Of a stretch of 64,000 nt of DNA, positions 40,701 to 53,353 are shown piece after piece. The stretch is from Octopus sinensis. Lineage: Eukaryota. The stretch is taken from NCBI RefSeq assembly GCF_006345805.1, contig NC_043016.1, positions 22,382,001-22,446,000 of the forward strand, written 5' to 3'. The notes beneath the pieces are model-generated. The model was not told the origin of the DNA. It ran no database searches and saw nothing but the letters and a program-made list of their open reading frames with translations. The position numbers and the translations under genes are program-made. Each line of letters begins with the position of its first letter. Position 1 is the stretch's first letter.

Positions 40701-42326
40701 CCTTCATCATCTTGAAAGATCTGTCATCCCTTGCTAATTACAGATATAGTTTCTACACAGTTAGATCAGACTTGCTCTTCTCCTATGTCATTCACTAGTG
40801 TCTGTCTACATGAGAACTTTACATGAGATGGTTTACTCTAAATATTAAAAGCAATGTTTTTATAGTTGACATCAGCAAAGACCTTTGTGTCTAGAATAAG
40901 AATCTTCTAACTGAGCTACCTGCATGTAGCATCTTTCCATCTCTTGTTTTATTGTATAACAAGATCCTTATGAGGTTGGTGACAATGTTCTATCTGGCCT
41001 ATGTTCTATAAACTCTGGTGAATCCCATACACTCTTCACAACTTTACTTTTCCCTAACTTTTCACACACATTTACAACTTGAACAATCATCTTGCGAAAA
41101 TTCTTCAATGGAGATATGACAACCCAGTCAAGTAACAAAATCACTACACATATCTAAGAAATAGACTTGTACCACACATAATATAATTATGAATGATGGG
41201 GTTCCACAATGATTTCATGATATAGCTTTTATAAATGGCATATTCCACTTGCTGAATCATGTGAAATGGCTGAGCATTCCATAAACATGTATACTCTTAA
41301 CATAATTCATAAGTAGAAATTAGTGTGATACAAGAATAAGGCTTTACCTTTGAATTACAGATGCAGTCTATATGATGGACTTCTAGACAAATTTACTCAA
41401 ATTTACAAGGCTTGGGTTGACCTCAGGCTCTGGCAACTGCACTTGCCGAAAGTGCCATGCAATGGAATGGGACCTGGGATTCCGGGGCTGTGAAGCGAAT
41501 TTAACCACTCAGTTATGCCAGCATTTATAGTCATGAATAATCTACAACTAAAACCCATCTAAGTCACTACAAAAGAATTGTTCTGAGAATTTCTCTTCAG
41601 AGCAATGAAATACTTTTTTGAGTACTGCAGACTCTTGACAACACAAGATCTTCAACTGGATCTAACAGCTCCTGTATCCAGCATAGTACTGTGCCCACAT
41701 ACACATATAAAATACAAGACCACAGCCAGGTGAAAGCTATTCCATATTGAAATCATTGTCATCATCAATCCAAGCTGTTTCACTCTACTTTAAGAAGGAA
41801 CAGCTATTCCATTAATTAGCAATTATTCACTCACCTGTAAAATACTGCACTCACTGGCTCACAAATGTACTGTTTTCTGTCTTTCTCTCTCTCTACCTAT
41901 TCTATTTTTACTACAACAGCCTTTGTTTCTTTGAGATAACTGTATATTATCTTTAATCAAGCTTACCTTTTGTCACATATACTGTGTTTCATTTCTCATA
42001 TATGCATTAAACATCTCACTTAGTCCTTTGGGCCTAGAACTGTCACCCTCAGGAATTTTCTGTGTTTTCCCTACAATCTCACTAGTCTGAGGGGGTTTGA
42101 AAAAGTCAGGTATGTTCCCTTCTCTTTTGAATATATCATAGGAAAAAATTTTTGTAAATATCCATGAAGATTATATAATCTTACCTGAAGTAATTTACAG
42201 CTGAGATTTGTAGCAATTGATTGTTCTTTATAGTGTAGATATATCAGGCTTCTAATTTGTGCTTCACCATTCATTTGCACACATGTACAAATATAATTAT
42301 ACAGGCTTGGTAATAATTAAAGCCCC

Positions 42327-42382
<56 letters not shown>

Positions 42383-45300
42383 CACACAAACATATACAAA
42401 TGAGAAAACAAGGTACTCAGTAGATAAAAAAGAGTTTATATATTCATTGCAGCGTGCAAGGTGTTTGTAAGCCATTTAAGAAACATACAAAAGCCATTTG
42501 ATTCACTTCAACATTTAAGTTTAATTTGTCAAAATATTTTCATCGCTATAAGATCGCGACCTGTTCACTGACAAAAATCCATGCTGCATCATGGATTTTT
42601 GTCAGTGAACAGGTCGCGGTCTTATAGCGATGAAAATATTTTGACAAATTAAACTTAATGTTGAAGTGAATCGAACGGCTTTTGTGTGTTTCTTAAATGG
42701 CTTACAAATACCTTCCACACTGCAATTGTTTTCGTTCCAGCACACGATCTCAGATCAAATCACTTGCTATGCGAGTACATCTCCATATATATTCATTATA
42801 TGCTGAAAACTCTTTAAGTTAATGCTAACAGTTTAGCATTATCACTGATCACTTAACAGAAGAAAATTTACAACTGACAAAATTTATCTAAGTTATTTTT
42901 GCACATTCAAAACAGTTATAATATCCAGTTGTCACATGAGCTTGAGCATTATACTTTTAGCAATCTTTAACTATGGAACAAAATCATGAAATCTTTAGCA
43001 TAATGAAACAATGTTATGAATAACTATAAGTTTAGGATCAAAATAGAAATAAGATTTACAAAATGTGGGATTTCCATGGAACCTGTTAATATTAATGAAA
43101 AAAAAAAACAGCCTCTACACATGCACACACCAGCATACTTCTCATCAACTGCCATACATTTACATCTATTCTCATTTATCACAGATGGTTTAGCAATTGG
43201 TAAAAGATTCTGTTTGGTGCACAAAAGTACATTCCAGCAATCATCCACAATGCTCAGTTACCTAGAATGCACAGATTATTGCTTGTGTTTACATTATCAA
43301 GTTGTGAGTCTGGGTATTTTTTATATGGATTTACATACAATGTACCCATCAACATGCCACCAGTGAATGGAAAAATTATAAAAGCGTTTAATCCAAACAA
43401 AGAATGGAGATGAGCGTGTTTATTATTTACTGAACATAAATTTTGCTCTAAATATTAGACCAACCATAAAACACTATCATTATGTGTGTTTAAAAATTGT
43501 TTGATGGTGTTATTTGGGTAAGTTAGGGGACAAGTGGGGGTTTTGGAACAAAACCTATTTTTCCCAAACGTTCTATTTTTATTTATAGCTGATTCATTTA
43601 ACACAGTTTGTTTTGGAACCAAACGCCCATGTTAAATGAAGATAGATGTATATATAAACAGGATGCTCGTACCTTTCCATCGCTCATCATCTTTTCTTGG
43701 ATGGATTGTGTAATGTGTTGTGATTTTTGCTGCTGGAGAATACTGGCGTACATTCTTGAATCCACTGAGAACTGAAACGACAACAAAATAACAATAGTTA
43801 TTTTTAGTTAATTAAAAAAGTTGTTTAAAATAGAAATATGTTTTAAACATTTTTAGTGTCTGCATGACCATTTAGTTAAGCTGTAGCAACCATACCATAT
43901 ATTCAGAGCCTCAAAGTATTTTGTTTCTTGCGTAGTTGTGAATATTTTGCTCAGTCTAAATAAACCTCCTACATATATAATAATGTATTATGTCTCTGGT
44001 ATCTAGTAGGGTAATATAGCCATGCTACTGGTAATTCAATGATATTGAAAAACCAGACACAACAGGAAAAATAAAGTCAAAGCAGATTAGTTCCGGGGAG
44101 ATAACTTCATCAATATAATTATTTTACATAATGTTCTAAATGATGAACATTGTGGAGTTTAACTTCCATAAGTTAGTTTCTTCAATTATCTTGTTTCATA
44201 AAACTTCTGTTGTCTGAGTTTCTTCATAGCCAACATTATATAAAACTCTTGTAACACACCATGGTAGAATCCATGTATCATATGAGATAGTTCTATATCC
44301 TAGTGAAACTTATAAGTGGAATACTTTTTTTATCACCTGTTGTCAGTGGTTTTTATATAACCAATATTATGGTAAATGTCTTGTAAAAACTCACTGTGGA
44401 ATCAATCCCAAATACTGATAGAATATTTCTATTATCATTAAATGAGAGCTGTCATCCCGAGTGGTTTTAGTGAAAACAACTGTTGTCTAGCACTTTTACA
44501 CACTCAACCATTTAACAAAAGATTTGTAGCATCTTATTGTGGGATTACTCTGTGGCTTGTGTGTGTGTGTGACACTGCTGAGTTGTTTGCATCATTTTTC
44601 AAATGAAAATCGGCCTTCTGAGAGGCTTTTGTGAAAAACTTCTTGTGACACCTGTTGTATATACATTTTTTTCTTTTTTCTTTCTTTTTTTTATATTTAT
44701 TTATTTATACAGAATTAACATTATGGCAAACGACTATAAACATATTATTGTAAAGTCATGTGACATTGATGACATGGTAATATATATTATCAAAAGAAAC
44801 TTTAACATTGAAAATTCTTTAAATGATACTTTCACTGAAGGAATTCTACCACCTCCAAGTGGCAGCATCTATGAAAATATTTAATTAAACATGTTGTGAT
44901 GTTTTAAAGCGAAAGGATTACTATGGAAGCTATGGCTTTTCTTGTGAGCAAACATTAACTGGTGTTGTGAAATTACTGCAATTATAGAGAACACAATGTA
45001 GTAATCTCACTGCTTTATAGTCTAAATTCATATCTATATATATAAAACTGTAGTTGTGTGAGTGTCTGTCCCCTTCGATTTAGATTCCTAACTCCTCCCA
45101 CATTTTGCGGTGCAGTGTAACCAAATTCGGGTAGCTTATAGTCGTGATTCATATCGAGCCCGTCTGAATATTAGCGCGCGTCTACGATGAGTCTACGATT
45201 TAAAAAATAATTTAACATCATTTTTTATTCCATTTTAATGCATAAAATGCATTGTATGTCGATGGCGGCGGAGTTGGCGTCCATGGTCACAGCTGCACCT

Positions 45301-48300
45301 GTTTGCTTCTCCCCCTTCCCTCCCTCGTGAAGCTGTGGGGAAGGGAGTGTAAAGAAATCAATGTCGTAATGCGTTGTGAAGGAGACCAGCGTTCTTTTAG
45401 ACAACGTCTTCATGGCTTGAAGATACCAAAACAAAAATGGCTAAGAAAGCCCGAATTTATAAGGGAAGTAACTCTCTAAAAATGCTTATATAGTTATTTC
45501 CCTTACAAATCCGAGCAACGCCGGGCGATACTGCTAGTCTATATATATAAAACTGTAGTTGTGTGAGTGTCTGTCTCCTATGATTTAGATTCCTAACTAC
45601 TCCCACATTTTGCGGTGCAGTTTAACCAAATTCGGGTATCTTATAGTCGTGATTCATATCGAGCCCGTCTGGGTATTAGCGCGCGTCCACGATGAGTCTA
45701 CGATTTTAAAAATAATTTAACATCATTTTTTATTCCATTTTAATGTACATTTTTTCGTGTGTCGATGGCGGTGGAGTTGGCGTCCACACTCACACCTGCA
45801 CCTGTGGGGAAGGGAATGTAAGGAAATCAACGTCGTAATGCGTTGTCAAGGAGACCAGCGTTCTTTTAGAACAACGACTTCATGGCTTGAAGACACCAAA
45901 ACAGAAATGGCTAAGAAAGCGTCTACATGAGTCTACGATTTAAAAAAAAATTTATCATCATTTTTTCCATTTTAATGCATTTTTTCACTATTATATAAGG
46001 GAAGTAACTCTCTAAAAATGTCTACGATGAGTCAACGATTTAAAAAAAAATTACCATCATCTTTTATTCCATTTTTAATGCATTTTTTGCTATAACTCTC
46101 TAAAAATGCTTATATAGTTATTTCCCTTACAAACCCGAGCAACGCCGGGCGATACTGCTAGTTTGTCATAAAAACATATATAAAAACCTTCTATGTACAT
46201 GGATTTACCCTTTAATATTAAGATTATTCTGTCAAACGTAAAACGAATTAATTCATATTGCATTATCTTTTAGTAAAAATAAATATTTGATAGATGCTAC
46301 ACAGAAAATTATCAGAAGGCAATGAGTCGTATTCAAGTTCAAAATGCGACACTTTTATTTACGGTTTCAAAACAACACTAAACAAACATATATTACAGGA
46401 ATATTCACTGTGTGTGTAAACAATCAAAATTTGAACGTTCACTCAGACAGGAACAACATAGCAAGGCATGAATATATTTGGTTGCACTTACTAATTTTTA
46501 CAGGGTCTTTAGTCTGGTACTGGATATTAATCCCATAGTACAAAGCTGGACAACTAGTCTTGCTGAAGCAGTCAATTTCAGCAAACATGGTAAAATGATA
46601 TAAGCTTCATAACAGCTTACAAAAGGAGACGAATGCAAAATGAAGAAGTGGGCATAATGATTTTGCCTTGCTAAGAAAAACTTAGATCAGTAGTTATAGC
46701 GACTAAGAAATTGAACAAGTAATCTTCTAGGTTCTAGATGAAGCTGACAGAATAAGAAGCTTGACAGTACATTGTTAATGGTTCAATGTCTTCACAGCAA
46801 CTAACTCAACTTACTGCTTTTAAATGCATTTTCAACTTGGATGGAAGTTGTTTGAATTTGTGCAACGCCAACCTTAACTGGTCAGTGTCTGTCTCAAATA
46901 ACCAACTTGCGCTGTAGCAAAAAAATAAATTTATCATGTCTTACTACATTACCCCTCAGTAGACTGAAAGTCGATAGTAAAACAAACAATGAGTATTAAA
47001 CAAATTTTCCAGCAAAAACACATGTTTACAACAAGAACTGAATATTCATACAAGTGCAAGTAAAAAAGGAAATGCAACACCATATAACTATGAATAAACG
47101 TTGCAATATCAGAATGGAAGCCAGACCCAGAATGACAGAAAGTATATATTCTGGCAAATATAATGTGAGCTCACAGTAGTTCCAGGAAACAAATTAAAGA
47201 TGTGCCTGGCACTATTTACAAGCACAGTTGCTAAAATTAGCAAGGACAACAGAATTGCATGTAGGCACATTGTAAAAGACAGACAACCTTTTCTATTAAT
47301 TACTTGACCAACCATAGGTCCAATATAGGTAAGCTGTATCTGATGAGTGCAGAGAGCATGAGATAATATCTAATGTACAAGGTGTCGGGCAAAAAAGCTT
47401 AACAGGCATTGTTATAGTGATATAACTGACTAAAAAAGCACAATAGTATAGTGCAATGTACATATGAATGTTGCAAAAAAAAAAAAAATTTAAACAACAA
47501 AGTACTGAATATTTACAAACATAAGCATATGAATAGAAAAAATGTCATGAAAAAGGTAAAAAGTAACAATTTAAATGCAACACTAGGCACATGCCTATAA
47601 AAGTCTGCAAACATTCACATACAGAGAAAAAGAAACATTAGTGTATTAAAAAAAAAGGCAAAATAATATGCATTAAGAAGAAGCTCATATGAATATTGTT
47701 TTACATAGTTTCTTGGGCCAATGTACATGATGACCACTATGGGTTGTTATTAGGTATGTTGGTGAAGAGAGAGTTGTGTGTAAATGAGCTTGTGGTGAGT
47801 GCAATGGTGTGTTACTTTCATGTTGTATAGTGTAGGATGGGGGTGTATGAAGCTCAGGTGTTAGAGCATCTGTATAAGCCCGTTTTATGAAACCTAGGTA
47901 TGGATGTAAAAAAACAAGGTAAAAGTTTTTATTTTTCATTCCCTTCGAAATTGCTCTTAAATGTGGTTTTGGTTGTGTTGATTGCTACTTCTAGTATGTA
48001 AGGCTGCCTGTTAAGGATTGCCTCTTTTGTGTTTAAATGTACTCAAATTATATATATGTGTGTGTGTGTGTGTATGCATGCGTGGTGGAATCTGCTGCTG
48101 AAGATGACATATGAGCATTCAGTTTTTGCTGGATGACCAGCACAAAAGATTTTTTATAGTGATAAAATGTACATGATGTACGTTAGATTGCTACTTCCAT
48201 CAAATCAACACTGCCTGTATAGGTGAACAAATTGTTTTACGCCTATTACACTATTTTTTTTTTTTGTTTTTGTGCCCGGGTCAGACCCTTTAGTTTGACC

Positions 48301-49234
48301 AGAAATTGGTTGATCATAATCAAAATTCAGAGCTGTATCGATACACCAAAATTGAAAGCAATGAGAGCAAAATTAAAGGGGGTTCATTTTGTGAATGAGA
48401 AAGACTAGATCCGTAGTTTTAAATGTAAAAAGTGTGTCATCTTCAATAGAATTTCTTAATTTGTTGTACATGTATATTTTAGCTAATATTTTAATTGTCA
48501 GTATCAGTATCTAGTATGCATTTAAGATAGGATATGGTAGGGTATTAAGATATTTTAAATGAGGAGGATGGTCGATGCAGAAGAAGTGGCTAAAGGAAGT
48601 GGGGAGAGTCGATGGTCGAAAAAGTTTGGCGAACCCTGGTCTAAATAGATCTTTCTGAGAAACAGCAGATCTTAATTTGGCAAGAGTTATATGGAAAATT
48701 CGAAGTTTCAGGGTAACTAGTGTGCGATCAACATCTATTCGAAAATAGGTTCTCAGGGGAGCATTCTGTATAATAAATATCAATACAATAGGGTATTGGG
48801 TAATACAGATTTTAAACATTGTGGCTGACATTATCCAAACAATAAAAAAAAAAAAAACTTTCTCTGTGTTAAAATCTAAAATCAAGAAGCAAGGGAGATA
48901 ACTAGAAGATCAGTTCAAAATAGCGTCTCTTTAGCTGGAGTGGATCTTGTCTTTGTAGCCAACTGATGAAAGCAACAGACTTACTCTCATCTTAGACCTC
49001 CACAGCAAAACATATTCAATATGTATTTTGTCCAAAAAGTTAGATAAACATAGTTTACTGGATATATTTCATTTGCTTATTGTTCCAGTGTTCAACACCA
49101 CTGGAAGAAATTTTTTATCAACAAGGAAAATGGATGATAAAGAATGCTGCTGCTGCTGATATATATATATATAAACACACACACACACATATATATATAC
49201 ACACACACACATACATACATATATATATACATAT

Positions 49235-49305
<71 letters not shown>

Positions 49306-50141
49306 CATATATATATCAAAATAAAAACATGATGCCAAGAATTCAGCGGTACATATGTTTCGGGCCTTAGAAGAACGAGATGGACGCTTCATTTTTATGC
49401 TGTTGCCGCATTATGTCGTACGCGAATGAGAGGATTTGCATCCCCAACCAAGAATTTTTGATGTAATACGTGTCCTTGTGGAAGCAGTTGTGCGCGGCTG
49501 AAGAAGGCCACAGACACACATTATGCATTGTTATAAATCCGTCTAATAAAGGCCCGAAACATATGTACCGCTGAATCCTTGGCATCATGTTTTTATTTTG
49601 ATTAATTTACTCCACCACCTACACCACCAAACGGTATATACAGGTGCTTACAATTATCAAGTACTCACCCCAAATTTCTGTACACAACTCATACATATAT
49701 ATATATATACACACACACACATACATACATATATATATACATATATATATATACATATATATATATACATACATATATATATATATATATACATACATAT
49801 ATATATATATACATACATATATATACATATATATAATATACATATATATATATATACATATATATATATACATACATATATATATATACACATATATATA
49901 TACATATATACATACATATATACATATATATATATACATATATATATACATATATATATATATACGTATATATATACGTATATATATATACACATATATA
50001 TACACATATATATACATATATATATACATATATATATATACGTATATATATACGTATATATATACACATATATATACACATATATATATACACATATATA
50101 TACATATATATATACATATATATACATATATATATATATAC

Positions 50142-50172
<31 letters not shown>

Positions 50173-50222
50173 CATATATATATACATATATATATATATA
50201 CATATATATATAACATATATAT

Positions 50223-50271
<49 letters not shown>

Positions 50272-50621
50272 GTTACAATTGCAGCGTGGAAGGTGTTTAT
50301 AAGCTATTTAAGAACACACAAAAAACTTAGATTCACTTTAGCATTTACATTCAATTTGTGTCAAAACATTTTCATTGCTTTGAAACCGCGACCTATTCAC
50401 TGCCAAAACTTCGTACTATATATACCCCATACGGTATTCTTTCGTTGTGTGTTGAAAATACGTCAAACATTAAACAGCTTTTGGTAATTTCCGTAAAAAT
50501 TTTTTATTTCTTTCTTTTTGTGGGTGGAAACGTACATTTCATTTGATCTCACGATAAAGTGAAACAGAAATTTGACAGGGACGTACGTCAAGGGTGGGTG
50601 TGCAAGACAGAAAGTGTGTGT

Positions 50622-50655
<34 letters not shown>

Positions 50656-53295
50656 TAACAGCATACATTTTAAAATTTATTTTTCCTCGCATCTTGTTTG
50701 AGTGTGTGTGTGATTGACTGTTGTCAGAAAGAGAGAGTATAAATTTTATTTACTTTTTCACGTATCTTTTTTTTTTTTCGTTTTTGTCTGAGAGAGTGAG
50801 AGAGAAAGAAATAAGAGATGTGTGTTGCTGTGTGTGTGTGTGTGTACACACTAAAAAAGCTGCAAGAAAAAGTAAATAAAATTTACGCTCTCTCTCTTTC
50901 CGACAACACACCTCTCTCTCTCTCAGTCAATCACTCACACTAAAAAAGATGCGAGGAAAAATAAATTAAAAAAAATGTAAGCTGTTACTCTTTCCCTCAC
51001 ACACACACGGACACACTTCTCTCTCTCTCTCTTTCTGTCACAGACACACTTTCTGTCTCGCAGATCCCATCGACATATACACACCTCCCTGTCAAATTTC
51101 TGTTTCACTTTATTGTGAGATCGAAGGTAATGTACATTTCCACCCACAAAAAGAAATTAAAAGTAGGCATAGGAGTGGCGGTGTGGTAAATAACTTGCTT
51201 ACCAACCACATGGTTCCGGGTTCAGTCCCACTGCGTAGCACCTTGGGCAAGTGTCTTCTACTATAGCCTCGGGCTGACCAAAGCCTTGTGAGTGGATTTG
51301 GTACACAGAAAATGAAAGAAGCCCGTCGTATATATGTATGTATGTATATGTATATGTGTGTGTGTGTGTATGTTTGTGTGTCTGTGTTTATTCCCCCAAC
51401 ATCGCTTGACAACCGATGCTGGTGTGTTTACCTCCCCGTAACTCAGCGGTTCAGCAAAACAGACCGATAAAATAAGAACTAGGCTTACAAAGAATAAGTA
51501 CTGGGGGTCGATTTGCTCGACTAAAGGCGGTGCTCCAGCATGGTCACAGTCAAATAACTGAAACAAGTAAACGAGTAAATTACTGAATATTGTTTGTACT
51601 GCAATGTATAACGAAAGAATACCATATATATATATATATATATATATACCTACGATTATAGTTTGAAAGTAATACTTGTTTATTACGGATTTCTGGTAAT
51701 GCATGCACAATGATACACAGTAACCGGCTGCAGTTAGCTGCAACATACCTACACATATGTGCCCCAACGAATTTCTTTCCTCATAGAAAAGTGGATATTT
51801 TTTAATGAAATTTTTTTTTTACAAATATGCTTTAGATAGTGTAGATTCCAATTATATTAGAAATTTTCGTGAAATAAAGTTTTCGGAAAAAAATGAGACG
51901 TATGTTAATATGTATGTGTGTTATCCCACCAATTTTTGTTTCTGTACTAAATTCCAATACAATTGTTATTTATGCACTCTGAAAGGTATTTGTTGAAATT
52001 TTCATTGAAAAATACCCCTTTTCCCAAAAACTATGAGGAAACAAAGCTGAGTTATATGAATTTTCTGAAACTCCCTCTCCCCACTCAGCTGAAAACATTT
52101 TATCACAACAAGCCTCAACGTGGCTGCTTGATTGGCTAGAAATAACAGCCTTCACTCAAAGTTTAAAGCTGCAGATCTTGGCATACCTTTTGCCAAGTAC
52201 TAAACCAAATGAAATTGCAATTCAAACAGTATTGCTACCTGAGGGCCAAAAACTGATGCAAGAAACAAAATTTAATCACATATAAGAAAGAAATTCATGT
52301 CACAAAACTTCCTGTATACTGAGTTTATTTTTTGTGTTTTATCAAATAAAATATCTCTGGACATTTTCTACCTTCAATTTTCAAGTTTAAAGGTGGTTAA
52401 CATCTCAAGAAGTGAATTAGAATTCAGTGATATTTATTAATAATAAATTTATTATTTACTTATAAATAATTCAATTAGGAAATAAATCTTGTAAATATAA
52501 GTGGAAACATATGTAATCAACTTAACTATATTCAACCTATCTTTGCAGGTGAAAGGACATACTAACAGTTTAAAAACACCACATTCACAATGTACACCAA
52601 TGATGTTGATTTCGTATCAGCAAATTTTATCCACCTCTCCTCCACAGTAGAAGTGTTAGGGCTGCTCCCCTGGTGGAGAGGATTGGCCTGCAAGAGTCCT
52701 GTGCCAGTGCCTCATAGAAGCAACCGGCACACTCTGTAATGTGGCTGGCGTTAGGAAGCTGTAGAAACAAAGCCAAATCAGACTGGAGCCTGGTGCAGCT
52801 CTCCAGCTTGCCAGCTCTTGTCGAACCATCCAACCTTGGCCAGTATGGAAAAAAGAGATGTTAAATGATAATTTGTGCAACAGTTTACATTTTTATGACA
52901 TTTAAACTAGACTATATGCATTTTGTAAAAATCTCAGGATCAAGGAATTCATATATATATATATATAATATATATATATACACGTAAAAGCACCATCCGT
53001 TTCGTGGCCGTTTGCCAACTCTGTCTGGCCCCCGTGTTGGTGGCACGTAAAAGCACCATCCGTTCGTGTCCGTTGCCAGCCTCGCCTGGCCCCCGTGCCG
53101 GTGACACGTGCGGGTGGCACGTAAAAGCACCCACTACACTCACGGAGTGGTTGGCGTTAGGAAGGGCATCCAGCCGTAGAAACACTGTCAGACCTGACTG
53201 GGCCTGATGAAGCCTTCCAGCTTTACAGACCCCAGTTGAACCGTCCAACCCATGCTAGCATGGAAAACGGACGCTAAATGATGATGATGATGATG

Positions 53296-53353
<58 letters not shown>

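Larger units (their letters stand above)
49158..50270. repeat. Long (TA)n/(CA)n/(TACA)n microsatellite field, interrupted at 49315-49690
   Basis: Read directly; the ORFs listed here are Y/I/H low-complexity artefacts. Confidence 0.97.

Noticed and set aside
47340-47375. CUGAUGA-GUGC-AGAGA-GCAU-GAGA-UAAUA-UC hammerhead-like string
   Set aside because: GAAA is GAGA and no stem I can form (gtat versus taat); at best a dead relic, possibly chance.
49069-50302. Long overlapping ORFs (up to 234 aa) on both strands
   Set aside because: Stop-free translation of (TA)n/(TACA)n microsatellite giving Y/I/H/T low-complexity peptides; not genes.
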